64,000 bases of DNA, from the NCBI GenBank assembly GCA_014444615.1, contig PVXE01000003.1:83793-147792 (forward strand), read 5' to 3'. The DNA is from Tagaea sp. CACIAM 22H2. Lineage in GTDB: Bacteria > Pseudomonadota > Alphaproteobacteria > CACIAM-22H2. Shown piece by piece: positions 8,750 through 20,284 of the stretch. The notes under the pieces are model-generated. The model was not told the origin of the DNA. It ran no database searches and saw only the letters and a list, made by a program, of their open reading frames with translations. The translations under genes and the position numbers were made by a program. How positions within the stretch are numbered: position 1 is the first letter of the stretch; each line of letters starts with the position of its first letter.

Positions 8750-9632
8750 AAGACTGACGAGCCACGGCCGCTATCCCTACTCCGCCTTGCCCGACCGGCC
8801 CGATTGGTCGTGGCCCGACGGCAAGCGCTTGGCGGTCTATGTGGCACTCAACGTCGAAGTCTTTCCGTTCGGCGAAGGCATGGGGCCGGAGTTGGCACCC
8901 AAACAGCCCGAGCCGGACGTGCAGAACTTCGCCTGGCGCGATTACGGCAATCGTGTCGGCGTCTGGAACGTGCTCGACGCCCTCGACGGATTTCCGATCA
9001 GCGCGTTGATGAACATCGCGACTTACGACGAAGCGCCCGCCATTCCCAAGGCGTTGCGCGCGTGCAAGGCGGAGATCGTCGGCCATGGCCGCACGAATGC
9101 CGAGCGCCAATCGTCGATGGACGAAGCGTGCGAAGCCGCGTTGATCGCCGCGTGCCGCGACCGCATCGCCGCCGAGGAAGGCACGCCGCCGCAAGGCTGG
9201 ATGGGCCCGTGGGTTTCGGAAACGCGCGCCACACCCGATCTTCTGGCCGAAGCGGGCTATCGCTACACGATGGATTGGCCGGCCGACGATCAGCCGCATT
9301 TCCTGGCCACACGCAGCGGCAAGAAGCTGCTGTCGATCCCCTATGCGCGCCACACCAACGATCTGCCCTGCTTGATGAGCGCCAAATGGCCGCCCTCGGT
9401 CTGGGCCGACGCGGTCATCGATATGTTCGACGAGATGCGGCGTTTGTCGGCAAAGCGCCCGCTGGTGTTCAACCTGTCGCTCCACCCTTATCTGGTGGGC
9501 GTGCCGTTTCGCTTGCTGCATCTGCGCCGCGCGCTGGCGCACATCGCCAAGCACCGCGATGAAATCTGGCTCGCGCGCACCGGCGAGATCGCCCAACACG
9601 CGCTGTCTTTGCCGGAAGGAACGATCGTCTAG
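8739..9632 (+). CDS. polysaccharide deacetylase family protein (PuuE/allantoinase-like)
   Basis: 297 aa; deacetylase-like NodB-type core; 11-nt overlap with upstream oxidoreductase gene. Confidence 0.7.
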   Translation: MAHERLTSHGRYPYSALPDRPDWSWPDGKRLAVYVALNVEVFPFGEGMGPELAPKQPEPDVQNFAWRDYGNRVGVWNVLDALDGFPISALMNIATYDEAPAIPKALRACKAEIVGHGRTNAERQSSMDEACEAALIAACRDRIAAEEGTPPQGWMGPWVSETRATPDLLAEAGYRYTMDWPADDQPHFLATRSGKKLLSIPYARHTNDLPCLMSAKWPPSVWADAVIDMFDEMRRLSAKRPLVFNLSLHPYLVGVPFRLLHLRRALAHIAKHRDEIWLARTGEIAQHALSLPEGTIV

Positions 9633-9967
9633 AACGGCGAGCCGGGCGGCAGCGGAATCGGCGGCGGCGTTTCGACCGCGGCGCCCGATTGCTTGACCTT
9701 CAATTCCTGAAGCTCGAGATCGAGCTTTGCGGCTTTGCGCGCCATTTCGCGCGCACGTTTGCGCGCGGCACCGCCCGCGAGCCACGCGACCAACGCGCCG
9801 AACAGAAAGCCGAAATAGAGCGCGCCGACCAGCGCCACGAAGATCGGCAGCTGCATCTGCGGGCCGATCGGCCACAGATCGACGGTCAATTCGCCGCGAT
9901 TATTGAGCGCGAACAAACCCGCGAGGGCCGCGAGCGATCCCGCCAAAATCCAATAGAGCGTGCGCAA
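9629..9967 (-). CDS. LapA-domain (DUF1049) inner-membrane protein
   Basis: 112 aa, two TM helices then KRAREMARKAAKLDLELQELK coiled region; directly downstream of ihfB as in the E. coli ihfB-lapA arrangement. Confidence 0.65.
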   Translation of the reverse strand: MRTLYWILAGSLAALAGLFALNNRGELTVDLWPIGPQMQLPIFVALVGALYFGFLFGALVAWLAGGAARKRAREMARKAAKLDLELQELKVKQSGAAVETPPPIPLPPGSPF

Positions 9968-9986
9968 GGGGTGCGGCCCCGCCCGT

Positions 9987-10283
9987 TCAGGCGGCCGGCT
10001 TGGGCTGTTCGTTCAGCTTTTCGCGCAGTTCCTTACCCGTCTTGAAGAACGGGATATGCTTTTCCGAGACCTCGACCGAGGTGCCGGTGCGCGGGTTGCG
10101 GCCGGTGCGCGAGCCGCGCCGTTTGACCGAAAACGCGCCGAAGCCGCGCAGTTCGACGCGATGGCCGCGCGCCAAAGCGGCGGCGACTTCATCGAACACG
10201 GTCGAGACGATGCGCTCGACGTCGCGCTGATAAAGGTGCGGGTTGAGCTCGGCTAGGCGCAAAATCAGCTCGGATTTGGTCAT
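9987..10283 (-). CDS. ihfB: integration host factor subunit beta
   Basis: 98 aa [12 protein letters not shown]...[22 protein letters not shown] typical IHF/HU fold. Confidence 0.9.
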   Translation of the reverse strand: MTKSELILRLAELNPHLYQRDVERIVSTVFDEVAAALARGHRVELRGFGAFSVKRRGSRTGRNPRTGTSVEVSEKHIPFFKTGKELREKLNEQPKPAA

Positions 10284-10307
10284 CGCCCCAACACCCCGTT
10301 GAAATCA

Positions 10308-11234
10308 CTAACGAATACGCAGTTCAGGGTGCCAGACCGCCACCAGCCCGTCAAGCGTAAGCCGTTCGGGAAGATAGGTTTTTCCGAAAATGGCCCGAAT
10401 CGCGCCTTTGGCGGCCCCGCCAAGCCAATCGTCTTCGCGCCAAACCCGGATTTCGCGCGACGGCAGATCGGCCGAAACGCCCTTTTCGTCGAGCCAGGCG
10501 CGAGCTTCGGCCACCCCCCCGATCCCGTCGATCAGGCCGTTGGCGGCGGCTTGGCGCCCGGTGAAAACCCGCCCGTCGGCCAATTCCTTGGCTTTTTCGG
10601 CGTCCAGCCCGCGCCGTTCGGCGACCATGCCGACGAACATCGCATACATGTCGTCGACCAGCCCTTGGGTGGCGCGCCGCCCATCGTCGGTCAATTTCTC
10701 GAACGGCGAGGGCACGGCCTTCAGCGGCGCGGATTTGATCGCCTCGGCCGAAACGCCCAGCTTGTCGAGGAGCCCCGTCACGTCGGTCGTCTGCAAAATC
10801 ACGCCGATCGAACCGGTGATCGTGCCTTCGCGGGCGTAGATCCGGTCGGCGGCGATCGCGACCATATAGCCGCCCGACGCCGCCATCTCGCCCATCACGG
10901 CGACGACCGGCTTCTCGGCCGCGACCTTGCGGATCGCGTGATACAGGCTTTCGCCGCCCACGACCGTGCCGCCGGGGCTGTCGATGCGCAAGACCAGCGC
11001 CTTGGCCTGATCGCGCGCCATCGTGTCCTCGACCGCGTCGAGCAGGTCCTGGTCCTGCACGATCATGCCCGCGACGCGCAATTCGGCGACATAGGGGCTG
11101 AATTCGCGCGCCAGATCGCTGCGCCCGACGGCGATCGCGATCGCGCCAACGCCGAACACGACGGCCGCCGCGCGCCATAGCGAGCGCGAGCGGCGCAAAC
11201 GCCGGCGATCGACGATCAGATCGGGGTCGGTCAT
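10308..11234 (-). CDS. sppA: signal peptide peptidase SppA (36K type)
   Basis: 308 aa; N-terminal TM; S49 peptidase motifs including GGYMVA with the catalytic Ser. Confidence 0.85.
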   Translation of the reverse strand: MTDPDLIVDRRRLRRSRSLWRAAAVVFGVGAIAIAVGRSDLAREFSPYVAELRVAGMIVQDQDLLDAVEDTMARDQAKALVLRIDSPGGTVVGGESLYHAIRKVAAEKPVVAVMGEMAASGGYMVAIAADRIYAREGTITGSIGVILQTTDVTGLLDKLGVSAEAIKSAPLKAVPSPFEKLTDDGRRATQGLVDDMYAMFVGMVAERRGLDAEKAKELADGRVFTGRQAAANGLIDGIGGVAEARAWLDEKGVSADLPSREIRVWREDDWLGGAAKGAIRAIFGKTYLPERLTLDGLVAVWHPELRIR

Positions 11235-11256
11235 CGAGTCCTTTCCGCGCCGATGC

Positions 11257-12246
11257 CTAGCGCATCAGGCTCCACTCGGAATTCTGCGGGAAATGGCGCG
11301 CGACGAAACGATAGGTCGTGCGAACCAGCTTGTCGACCCGCCCATCGCGCTCCATCGGCATGTTCTTCCACGCCGGCAGAATGTCATCCCACAGCATGAA
11401 GCGCTGATGCAGCTCGTCGCGCTTTTCGCGGATATAGCTGATCACTTCGGGCAGGCGCTTCAAGACGTTGAAGACCTCGCCCGTATTCGCGTCGACCTGC
11501 AGCAGAATGCCCGAGATGTCGTCGACCGGCTTCTTCATCAGGATTCGGATACGGCCGATCTCCTCCTGCACGCCGCGCTCGCGCTTGTAGGCGTTGAACA
11601 GGATGTTGAAGCCGGCATAGACCTTCTGAATATCGGCGAAACGCTCGCGCAGCGCCTCGATATAGGCGCTTTCCTTGGCGAGCTGTTCAATCTTGTCGAC
11701 GACCTGATTCTTGTTGGCGCGGCCCAAGCCAAGTTTCTCGGCCAGCACCTCGAACCCTTCCTGGACCTTCTTCTTGGTCTCGGGATTGTTCGCGATCGAT
11801 TCCAGCTGATGCCCGTCGCCGAATTCGACCGGCTTGCCGTTGATCCAGGACAGGATCGACACCGAGATGCGCGCATTGGCCCGCGCAACGTGATGCGGCT
11901 CCACGCGCCAGGACGCGGTGCCGTCGAGAATTTCGGCGGGGATCGAATCGCCCGGCTCGATCCGGCGCGCGTATTTCATCGACTTTTGGACGACGTCGAG
12001 AAGCTTGGCGTCCTCGCTGTCCTTGTCGATCTTGAACTGGATCAGCACCGCGTCGAGCGGCAGCGCGGCCATGATGTCGCCCAGCGGCACGTGCAGGCAC
12101 ACCGTGTCCCCGTCCTTGCCGAATCCGAAATACGCCCCCTTCACCTGGAAGACGGCGTGATCGAACGCGAAATGCTTGCTTTTATCCGCCTTCTTCGGTG
12201 GCGGAAGTTCGGCAGGCGGTTCGTTATTGGTGGCGGCCTCGGACAT
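11257..12246 (-). CDS. hypothetical protein (no recognisable family)
   Basis: 329-aa hydrophilic ORF with strong coding periodicity; Lys/Glu/Ile-rich compared with neighbours. Confidence 0.6.
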   Translation of the reverse strand: MSEAATNNEPPAELPPPKKADKSKHFAFDHAVFQVKGAYFGFGKDGDTVCLHVPLGDIMAALPLDAVLIQFKIDKDSEDAKLLDVVQKSMKYARRIEPGDSIPAEILDGTASWRVEPHHVARANARISVSILSWINGKPVEFGDGHQLESIANNPETKKKVQEGFEVLAEKLGLGRANKNQVVDKIEQLAKESAYIEALRERFADIQKVYAGFNILFNAYKRERGVQEEIGRIRILMKKPVDDISGILLQVDANTGEVFNVLKRLPEVISYIREKRDELHQRFMLWDDILPAWKNMPMERDGRVDKLVRTTYRFVARHFPQNSEWSLMR

Positions 12247-12347
12247 CGTTTCGACTGGCTTGCCGTCGCAATTGCGAATGACTTTCCTTTGGCCCGAACG
12301 ATCGGGTTCGGGCCGGTAGGGTTAACTCGCAGGACTCATCTGGGTAG

Positions 12348-13277
12348 TCAATACCCCTGGGTCCGGTCGACGACATTCCGCAGTGGCCGCCCGGCCAGAT
12401 AAGAACGGATATTGTCCACGATCTGCGGCGCGGCCGTTTCGGCATTGGTCAGACTGGCGATATGCGGCGTCAGCTCGACTTTTTCATGCGCCCAGAACGC
12501 GTGCTCGGGCGGCAGCGGTTCGGGGCTGGTCACATCGAGCAGCGCATATTGCAAATGCCCGGTATCGAGCGCCGCGATCAAATCGGCGTCCACGACATGG
12601 CCGCCCCGCGCGATGTTGATGACCGCACTTCCTTTGGGCATCGCCGCGAATGCCCGCGCATTCAGCAATCCGCGCGTCGCTTCGGTCAGCGGCAAAACGC
12701 AGATCAGAATGTCGCAACGCGCCAAAAATCGCATCCAGTCCGATTCGCCGGCATACATGGATAGACCTTCGGGACCGCGGCCCGTGCGCGACCAGCCGGC
12801 GACGTCGAATCCCAGAGCTTTGACCGCGAGCGCGACCGCCCCGCCGATCTCGCCCGTCCCCGCGACGCCCACGCGGCACGATGCGGTGACCGGGGCGGGC
12901 AGCGGCTTCCAGCGCCCGTCGCGCTGAGATGCGGCATAGGCGCGCATCTGCCGGTGATGGCGCAACACGCCGTAAAGCGCGTACTCGATCATGCCTGCCG
13001 TCAGCGTGGGATCGGTCAAGCGCACGAAGGGCACGTGCGCGGGGAAATCGGGATCGCCGACGATATGGTCGATCCCCGCCCCCAGCGACGAGACGAGCTT
13101 CAAATTCGGATAGCGCTTCAACTCGCCCGGCGGATATTTCCACACGGCGGCGAAATCGATCGCGGCGGGATCGGGCACGTTCGGCCATTGCACGAATTCG
13201 AGTTCGGGCGCCAAACGCTGCAAAACCGGCCGCCAGATTTCCGCGCGGTCGGACTCGGACAAAAACAGAAGCTTCAC
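12348..13277 (-). CDS. D-isomer-specific 2-hydroxyacid dehydrogenase (glyoxylate/hydroxypyruvate reductase A-like)
   Basis: 309 aa; NAD motif GVAGTGEIGGAVA; catalytic R, E, H region ARGGHVVDADL. Confidence 0.85.
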   Translation of the reverse strand: MKLLFLSESDRAEIWRPVLQRLAPELEFVQWPNVPDPAAIDFAAVWKYPPGELKRYPNLKLVSSLGAGIDHIVGDPDFPAHVPFVRLTDPTLTAGMIEYALYGVLRHHRQMRAYAASQRDGRWKPLPAPVTASCRVGVAGTGEIGGAVALAVKALGFDVAGWSRTGRGPEGLSMYAGESDWMRFLARCDILICVLPLTEATRGLLNARAFAAMPKGSAVINIARGGHVVDADLIAALDTGHLQYALLDVTSPEPLPPEHAFWAHEKVELTPHIASLTNAETAAPQIVDNIRSYLAGRPLRNVVDRTQGY

Positions 13278-14914
13278 GTACGCATCCCCGCGCCCTCGAC
13301 GACCTTGTGTTCGAAGGCCGCCGCCATCAGCGCCTTGGTATAGGGCGCCTGCGGCGTTTCGAAAACCTGCGCCGCGGTCCCTTGTTCCACCGCCTTGCCG
13401 TCCTTCATCACCAGCACGTCGTCGGCGAGCGCGCGCACGACCTTCAGATCGTGGCTGATGAACACGTAGGCGAGGCCGTGCTTGGCCTGCAACTCGCGCA
13501 ACAGATCGACGATCTGCGCCTGCACGGACATATCCAGCGCCGACGTCGGCTCGTCGAGCACGACGAGTTTAGGCTTCAGCACGAGCGCGCGCGCGATCGC
13601 GATGCGCTGGCGCTGCCCGCCGGAGAATTCGTGCGGATAGCGATGGCGCGTCGCAGGATCGAGACGGACTTCGTTCAACGCCGCCACGACGCGCGCGTCG
13701 CGCTCGGCATCGCTCAAGCCCGGCTCGTGGATCGCCAAGCCTTCGGCGACGATCTCCGCCACCGACATGCGCGGGGACAGCGAGCCATACGGGTCCTGGA
13801 AGACGATCTGCATTTCCTTGCGCAAGGGGCGCAGATCGCCCCCGCGCAGCTTCGCGATATCGCGCCCGTCGAATTCGATGGTGCCGTCGGCGCGTTCCAG
13901 GCGCAGCAGCGCCAGGCCCAGCGTCGTCTTGCCCGAGCCGGATTCGCCGACCACGCCCAGCGTGTGCCCGGCCTTCAAATTCACGTCGATCCCGTCGACC
14001 GCCTTCACATGGCCGATCGTGCGGCGGAACACGCCCGCCTTGATCGGGAACCACACGCGGATATCGCCGCCGCGCAAGACCGTGCGCGCCTTCGCGTCGC
14101 GCGGGCCCGCCTTGCCCTTGGGTTCGGCCGCCAAAAGATGGCGCGTGTAGTCGTGCTGCGGCTTGCCGAACACGTCGGCGACCGGCCCCGCTTCGACGAT
14201 GCGGCCCTTGTTCATCACCGCCACGCGATGCGCCAAGCGGCGCACCACGCCCAGATCGTGGGTGATGAACAGCATCGCCATGCCGAGCTTTTCCTGAAGC
14301 TCCTTGAGCAGCTTCAGAAGCTGCGCCTGGATCGTCACGTCGACGGCGGTGGTCGGCTCGTCCGCGATCAGGATGTCGGGCTCGTTGGCCAGCGCCATCG
14401 CGATCATCACGCGCTGGCGCTGCCCGCCGGAAAGCTGGTGCGGATAAGCGTCGAGGCGCTTCTTCGCCTGTTCACCCAAACCGACGAGTTGCAGCAACTC
14501 GACGATGCGCGCGCGCGCCGCCTCGCGGTTCAAACCCTTATGGATCGTCAATGCTTCGCCGATCTGCTTTTCGATCGTGTGGAGCGGATTGAGCGAGGTC
14601 ATCGGCTCCTGGAAGATCATCGCGATGCGGTTGCCGCGCACTTCGCGCAACCGGCCTTCGCCGGCACCCAGCAACTCCTCGCCGCGATATTCGATCTTGC
14701 CCGACGGATGCGAAGCCAGCGGATAGGGCAGCAATTGCAGCACCGACAAGGCGGTGACCGACTTGCCCGAGCCCGACTCGCCGACAAGCGCCAATGTTTC
14801 GCCGCGATGCAGGTCGAACGACACGCGATCGACGGCGGTGAATTTCGCCGAGCGGCCCATATCGAACTGGACCGATAGATCGCTGACGCGCAGCAAGGTT
14901 TCGCCGATGCTCAT
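13274..14914 (-). CDS. yejF: ABC transporter ATP-binding protein with duplicated ATPase domains (YejF-like)
   Basis: 546 aa from MSIGETLL; two Walker A (GESGSGKS x2) and two LSGGQRQR signatures; ATGA overlap with yejE. Confidence 0.85.
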   Translation of the reverse strand: MSIGETLLRVSDLSVQFDMGRSAKFTAVDRVSFDLHRGETLALVGESGSGKSVTALSVLQLLPYPLASHPSGKIEYRGEELLGAGEGRLREVRGNRIAMIFQEPMTSLNPLHTIEKQIGEALTIHKGLNREAARARIVELLQLVGLGEQAKKRLDAYPHQLSGGQRQRVMIAMALANEPDILIADEPTTAVDVTIQAQLLKLLKELQEKLGMAMLFITHDLGVVRRLAHRVAVMNKGRIVEAGPVADVFGKPQHDYTRHLLAAEPKGKAGPRDAKARTVLRGGDIRVWFPIKAGVFRRTIGHVKAVDGIDVNLKAGHTLGVVGESGSGKTTLGLALLRLERADGTIEFDGRDIAKLRGGDLRPLRKEMQIVFQDPYGSLSPRMSVAEIVAEGLAIHEPGLSDAERDARVVAALNEVRLDPATRHRYPHEFSGGQRQRIAIARALVLKPKLVVLDEPTSALDMSVQAQIVDLLRELQAKHGLAYVFISHDLKVVRALADDVLVMKDGKAVEQGTAAQVFETPQAPYTKALMAAAFEHKVVEGAGMRT

Positions 14915-15951
14915 CGAAATGTCTTTCGGGGGTCGAAGGCGTCGCGCACCGCTTCGCCGATGAAGATCAGCAGCGAAAGCATGATGGCGAGTGTAAAGAA
15001 CGAGGTGAGGCCGAGCCAAGGGGCATTGAGATTCGCCTTGCCCTGGGCCAGCAATTCGCCCAGCGACGGCGAGCCCGGCGGCAGGCCGAAGCCCAAAAAG
15101 TCGAGCGAGGTCAGCGCCACGACCGAGCCCGACAGGATGAAGGGCATGAAGGTCAATGTCGCCACCATCGCGTTGGGCAGAACGTGGCGGAACATGACCG
15201 ACGCGTCGGAGGCGCCCAGCGCCTTGGCCGCGCGGACGTAATCGAAATTCCGCGCGCGCAGGAATTCGGCGCGCACCACACCGACCAACCCCATCCATTG
15301 GAACAGCAGCAGCAGGCCCAGCAGCCACCAGAAATTCGGCTCCACAAAGGCGGCCAGGATGATCAGCATATAAAGCTGCGGCAGGCCGTCCCAGATTTCG
15401 ATGAAGCGCTGAAACAGCAAATCGACCCAGCCGCCGTAATAGCCTTGCACGGCGCCCGCCGCGACGCCGACGATCGACGACAGGATCGTCAGCGTCAAAC
15501 CGAACAGCACCGAAATGCGGAAGCCGTAGATCAGCCGCGCCACGACATCGCGGCCTTGATCGTCGGTGCCGAGCCAGTTTTCCGCCGAGGGCGGTGCTGG
15601 CGCCGGCACGGGCAGATTGCGGTTGATCGTCTGGTAGGAGAAGCGCACCGGCGGCCAAATCATGAAGCCGCCCTTCTCCGCGATCAGGCGCACGACTTCG
15701 GGATCGCGATAATCGGCTTCGGTTTCGAAATCGCCGCCGAAATGCGTTTCGGGATATTCGACGAAAACCGGCATATGCGGCTTGCCGTCGTAAAGCACGA
15801 AGATCGGCTTGTCGTTCGCGATGACTTCGGCGAACAGCGTCACGACGAACAAAGCCGCGAAAATCCAGAACGACCACCAGCCCCGACGGTTCGCCTTGAA
15901 ATTGGCGAAACGGCGGCGATTGAGCGGCGACAAACGATCCTGAAAAGCCAT
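14911..15951 (-). CDS. yejE: peptide/microcin-type ABC transporter permease (YejE-like)
   Basis: 346 aa from [11 protein letters not shown]; OppC-family permease motifs; track ORF has a spurious 5' extension. Confidence 0.85.
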   Translation of the reverse strand: MAFQDRLSPLNRRRFANFKANRRGWWSFWIFAALFVVTLFAEVIANDKPIFVLYDGKPHMPVFVEYPETHFGGDFETEADYRDPEVVRLIAEKGGFMIWPPVRFSYQTINRNLPVPAPAPPSAENWLGTDDQGRDVVARLIYGFRISVLFGLTLTILSSIVGVAAGAVQGYYGGWVDLLFQRFIEIWDGLPQLYMLIILAAFVEPNFWWLLGLLLLFQWMGLVGVVRAEFLRARNFDYVRAAKALGASDASVMFRHVLPNAMVATLTFMPFILSGSVVALTSLDFLGFGLPPGSPSLGELLAQGKANLNAPWLGLTSFFTLAIMLSLLIFIGEAVRDAFDPRKTFR

Positions 15952-17045
15952 CAGCCGCGCCGGTCGAAATCGATGCGCGGATCGACGAGCGTGTAGGCGA
16001 TATCCGACACGATCTTCATCAGCAATCCGAGCAAGGTGAAGAAATAGAGCGTCGCGAACATCAGCGGATAGTCGCGATTGACTGCCGCTTCGAAGCCGAG
16101 CAGGCCCAAACCGTCGAGGCTGAAGATGATCTCGATCAGCAGCGATCCCGTGAAGAAGATCGAAACGAACGCGCCGGGGAAACCGGCGATCACGATCAGC
16201 ATCGCATTGCGGAACACATGGCCGTAAAGCACGCGATGCTCGGTCAAGCCCTTGGCGCGCGCGGTCACGACATATTGCTTGCCGATTTCGTCGAGGAACG
16301 AATTCTTGGTGAGCATGGTCAGGCCCGCGAAGCCGCCGATCACCATGGCAAGCACGGGCAGCGTCATGTGCCAGATATAGTCGACGACGAGGGCGGGCCA
16401 AGACAGCGTGCGCCAATTGTCCGACAGGATGCCGCGCAGCGGAAACCAATCGAGGAATCGGCCGCCCGCGAACAGCACGATCAGCAGCACCGCGAACAGG
16501 AAGCTGGGAATCGCGTAGCCGACGATGACGACGCCCGACGTCCAGATGTCGAATCGCGAGCCGTCCTTCACGGCTTTGCGTATCCCCAGCGGAATCGACA
16601 CGAGATAGACGATCAGCGTGGTCCACAGGCCCAACGAAATCGAAACCGGCATTTTCTCCAAGACCAAATCGACCACCGGCCGGTCCTTGAAGAAGGATCG
16701 CCCGAAATCGAAGGTCAGGAATTTCGTCATCATCGTGACGAACCGCTCGAGCGGCGGTTTGTCGAAACCGAATTCGCGTTCGAGCTGCGCGATCAAGGCG
16801 GGGTCGATGCCTTGCGCGCCGCGATATTGGTTCGTCGATCCGCTCGATTGGGTCTGGCGCTGGGTTTCAGTACCGCCGGTCCCCGAAATGCGCTGCGTGG
16901 CGTCGGTCGACAGGCCGCGCATCTCCGCGATAATCACGTCGATCGGTCCGCCGGGGGCCGCCTGGATGATCGCGAAATTGACGATCATGATGCCCAGCAG
17001 CGTGGGCACGATCAGCAGCAACCGGCGGATCAGATACGCGGCCAT
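15951..17045 (-). CDS. yejB: ABC transporter permease (YejB-like)
   Basis: 364 aa OppB-family permease; 1-nt ATGA overlap with yejE. Confidence 0.85.
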   Translation of the reverse strand: MAAYLIRRLLLIVPTLLGIMIVNFAIIQAAPGGPIDVIIAEMRGLSTDATQRISGTGGTETQRQTQSSGSTNQYRGAQGIDPALIAQLEREFGFDKPPLERFVTMMTKFLTFDFGRSFFKDRPVVDLVLEKMPVSISLGLWTTLIVYLVSIPLGIRKAVKDGSRFDIWTSGVVIVGYAIPSFLFAVLLIVLFAGGRFLDWFPLRGILSDNWRTLSWPALVVDYIWHMTLPVLAMVIGGFAGLTMLTKNSFLDEIGKQYVVTARAKGLTEHRVLYGHVFRNAMLIVIAGFPGAFVSIFFTGSLLIEIIFSLDGLGLLGFEAAVNRDYPLMFATLYFFTLLGLLMKIVSDIAYTLVDPRIDFDRRG

Positions 17046-17054
17046 GTCGGTGGA

Positions 17055-18899
17055 TTATCGTCCGCGCTTGGCGCGCAACGCCGCTTCGCGTTGCGGATCG
17101 ACCCACCAGCTTGTCCAATCGAATCCGGCGCGCGCGGTCGTCGCCGGCCAGCCGAATTTGTCCCACGCGGCGACGCGATCGACGTTCGAATACCAGTTCG
17201 GCACGACCCAATGGCCCCATTGCAGCGCGCGATCGAGGGCGCGCACGCGCTGGACCAGCGAGTCGCGATCGGGGGCGGAGATCACCAGTTCGATCAATTC
17301 GTCGATCACCGGATCCTTGATGCCGGCGATGTTGCGCGAAGCTTTTTGATCCGCCTTGGCGGAGGACCAATAGTCGCGCTGCTCGTTGCCCGGCGATTCC
17401 GATTGGCCGAAGGTCGACAACATCATGTCGAAATCGAAATCGTCGACGCGGTTCTGATACTGCGCGACGTCGACCGGACGGATACGCGCGGAGATCCCCA
17501 GTTTTTCCAGGTTCTGGACGAAGGGCGCAATGATGCGCTCGAACGCCGCCTGGCCTTGCGGCAGCAGGAATTCGAAGCTCATCGGCTGGCCTTGCGCGTT
17601 GACGAGCTTGCCGCCCTGCACACGCCAGCCGGCTTCGCGCAGAATGCGCGCGGCTTCGCGCAAGCCGCCGCGATTTTCCGGCGTGCCGTCGGATTTGGGC
17701 GGGTTGTATTCGGTGGTGAACACTTCCGGCGGCAGCTTGTCCTTGAAGCGCGTCAGGATGGCGAGTTCCTCGCCCTGCGGCAGACCCTTCGCGGCGAGTT
17801 CCGAATTGTCGAAATAGGAACGCGTGCGCGTATAGGCGTCGAAGAACAGGTTCTTGTTCGACCATTCGAAATCGAACGCATGGGCGAGCGCTTGGCGCAC
17901 GCGACGGTCGTCGAAGGGCGCGCGGCGCGTGTTGAACACGAAGCCTTGCATGCCCGAGACGCGCGTTTCGGCGATTTCGTGTTTGCGGATCAGACCGGCG
18001 CGCAGCGCGTCGGTTTCGTAGGCCTGGGCCCAGAAGCGCGCGGTGTTCTCCTGGCGAAGGTCATATCCCCCCGCGAGAAAGGCTTCGAGCGCCACCTGCG
18101 CGTCGCGATACCAGTCGTAGCGGATCGTGCCGAAATTGTAGCGGCCGCGATTGACCGCCACATCGCGCGACCAGTGATTTTCGACCCGGCGCAGCACGGT
18201 GTTGCGCCCCATCTCGAAGCTTTCGATGCGATAGGGGCCCGAGCCCAGCGGCGGCTCGGTCAGCGGCCGGTCGAACTCCTTGCCGTCCCACCATTTGCGC
18301 GACAGCACGGGAATCTGCCCGACGATCAACGCCAGCTCGCGGTTTTGCGCATTGCGGAACACGAAGCGCACTTTGCGCGGGCCCGTCTTCTCCACCTTCG
18401 CCACGTCGCCGTAATAGGCGCGGAAGAACGGGCGGCCCTTGTCGCGCAGGGTCTCGAACGACCAGATCACGTCCTCGGGCGCGATCGGCGAACCGTCGTG
18501 GAACTTGGCTTCCGCGCGCAACTCGAACTCGACCCAGGACCGGTCCGCGGGCGTTTCGACCGTGCGGCAGATCAAGCAGTATTCGGTGAACGGCTCGTCG
18601 TCCGAATTCACCATCAGCGTTTCGATGGTCAAACCGACCAGCCCGTTCGCCGTGCCCCGGATGATCCACGGGTTGAAACTGTCGAACGTGCCCAACGCGT
18701 GGAACTTCACCTCGCCGCCCTTGGGCGCGTCGGGATTCACATGCTGGAAATGGCGGAAATCGGCCGGGTATTTGATGTCGCCATGCATGGCGATCGCGTG
18801 GCGCGGGCCGGTCCCCGGGCTCAATTCCTGGGCGGCCAGCGGGGCGCCGAAAAGCGCCGTCGTCAGAAGGGCGGCGGCGAATCCAAGGGGGGCGTACAA
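17055..18899 (-). CDS. yejA: extracellular solute-binding protein family 5 (YejA-like)
   Basis: 614 aa with signal peptide; large Opp/Dpp-family SBP. Confidence 0.85.
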   Translation of the reverse strand: MYAPLGFAAALLTTALFGAPLAAQELSPGTGPRHAIAMHGDIKYPADFRHFQHVNPDAPKGGEVKFHALGTFDSFNPWIIRGTANGLVGLTIETLMVNSDDEPFTEYCLICRTVETPADRSWVEFELRAEAKFHDGSPIAPEDVIWSFETLRDKGRPFFRAYYGDVAKVEKTGPRKVRFVFRNAQNRELALIVGQIPVLSRKWWDGKEFDRPLTEPPLGSGPYRIESFEMGRNTVLRRVENHWSRDVAVNRGRYNFGTIRYDWYRDAQVALEAFLAGGYDLRQENTARFWAQAYETDALRAGLIRKHEIAETRVSGMQGFVFNTRRAPFDDRRVRQALAHAFDFEWSNKNLFFDAYTRTRSYFDNSELAAKGLPQGEELAILTRFKDKLPPEVFTTEYNPPKSDGTPENRGGLREAARILREAGWRVQGGKLVNAQGQPMSFEFLLPQGQAAFERIIAPFVQNLEKLGISARIRPVDVAQYQNRVDDFDFDMMLSTFGQSESPGNEQRDYWSSAKADQKASRNIAGIKDPVIDELIELVISAPDRDSLVQRVRALDRALQWGHWVVPNWYSNVDRVAAWDKFGWPATTARAGFDWTSWWVDPQREAALRAKRGR

Positions 18900-19179
18900 G
18901 GGGCGTACTCCTGATGGACGAGTTGTTCCTTTCTATCATGGCGCGCGCGCGCAGGAATAGAAACGGCGTCGCTTAATCCCTGATCCGGCGCGGATTTTCG
19001 CCGCCGGGAGCGGCAGCGCGCGTGTTCGATGGTTTCCAGTCGGAAGCCGGTGAAAATATTCCTTCTACCCTAATTGGCTTGACTTCGACGGCCGTTCTAT
19101 CGATATCGGAAAGGCCGCGACCGAAGACGGGAAACCCGCGTCGGCGACGGTCGAACGATCCAAAAGGGAGGACGCTACA
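18900..19179. promoter_or_regulatory. divergent promoter/operator region between yejA operon and sugar ABC operon
   Basis: 280-bp non-coding; repeated TTTCTAT/ATAGAAA elements; RBS AAGGGAGG before the 19180 start. Confidence 0.4.
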
Positions 19180-20229
<1,050 letters not shown>

Positions 20230-20240
20230 TCCCAGCAACG

Positions 20241-20276
20241 CGGACGGGCGCGATCGTGCCCGTCCGCTTTTTTCTT
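20241..20276 (+). terminator. intrinsic terminator/attenuator between SBP and permease genes
   Basis: CGGACGGGC..GCCCGTCCG hairpin followed by CTTTTTTCTT. Confidence 0.55.
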
Positions 20277-20284
20277 AGCGGCTT

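Noticed and set aside
13274-16626. 867-aa and 571-aa ORFs for the yejF and yejE region
   Set aside because: N-terminal extensions overlap the upstream permease genes. True starts are set where conserved N-termini ([15 protein letters not shown]) and ATGA coupling occur.
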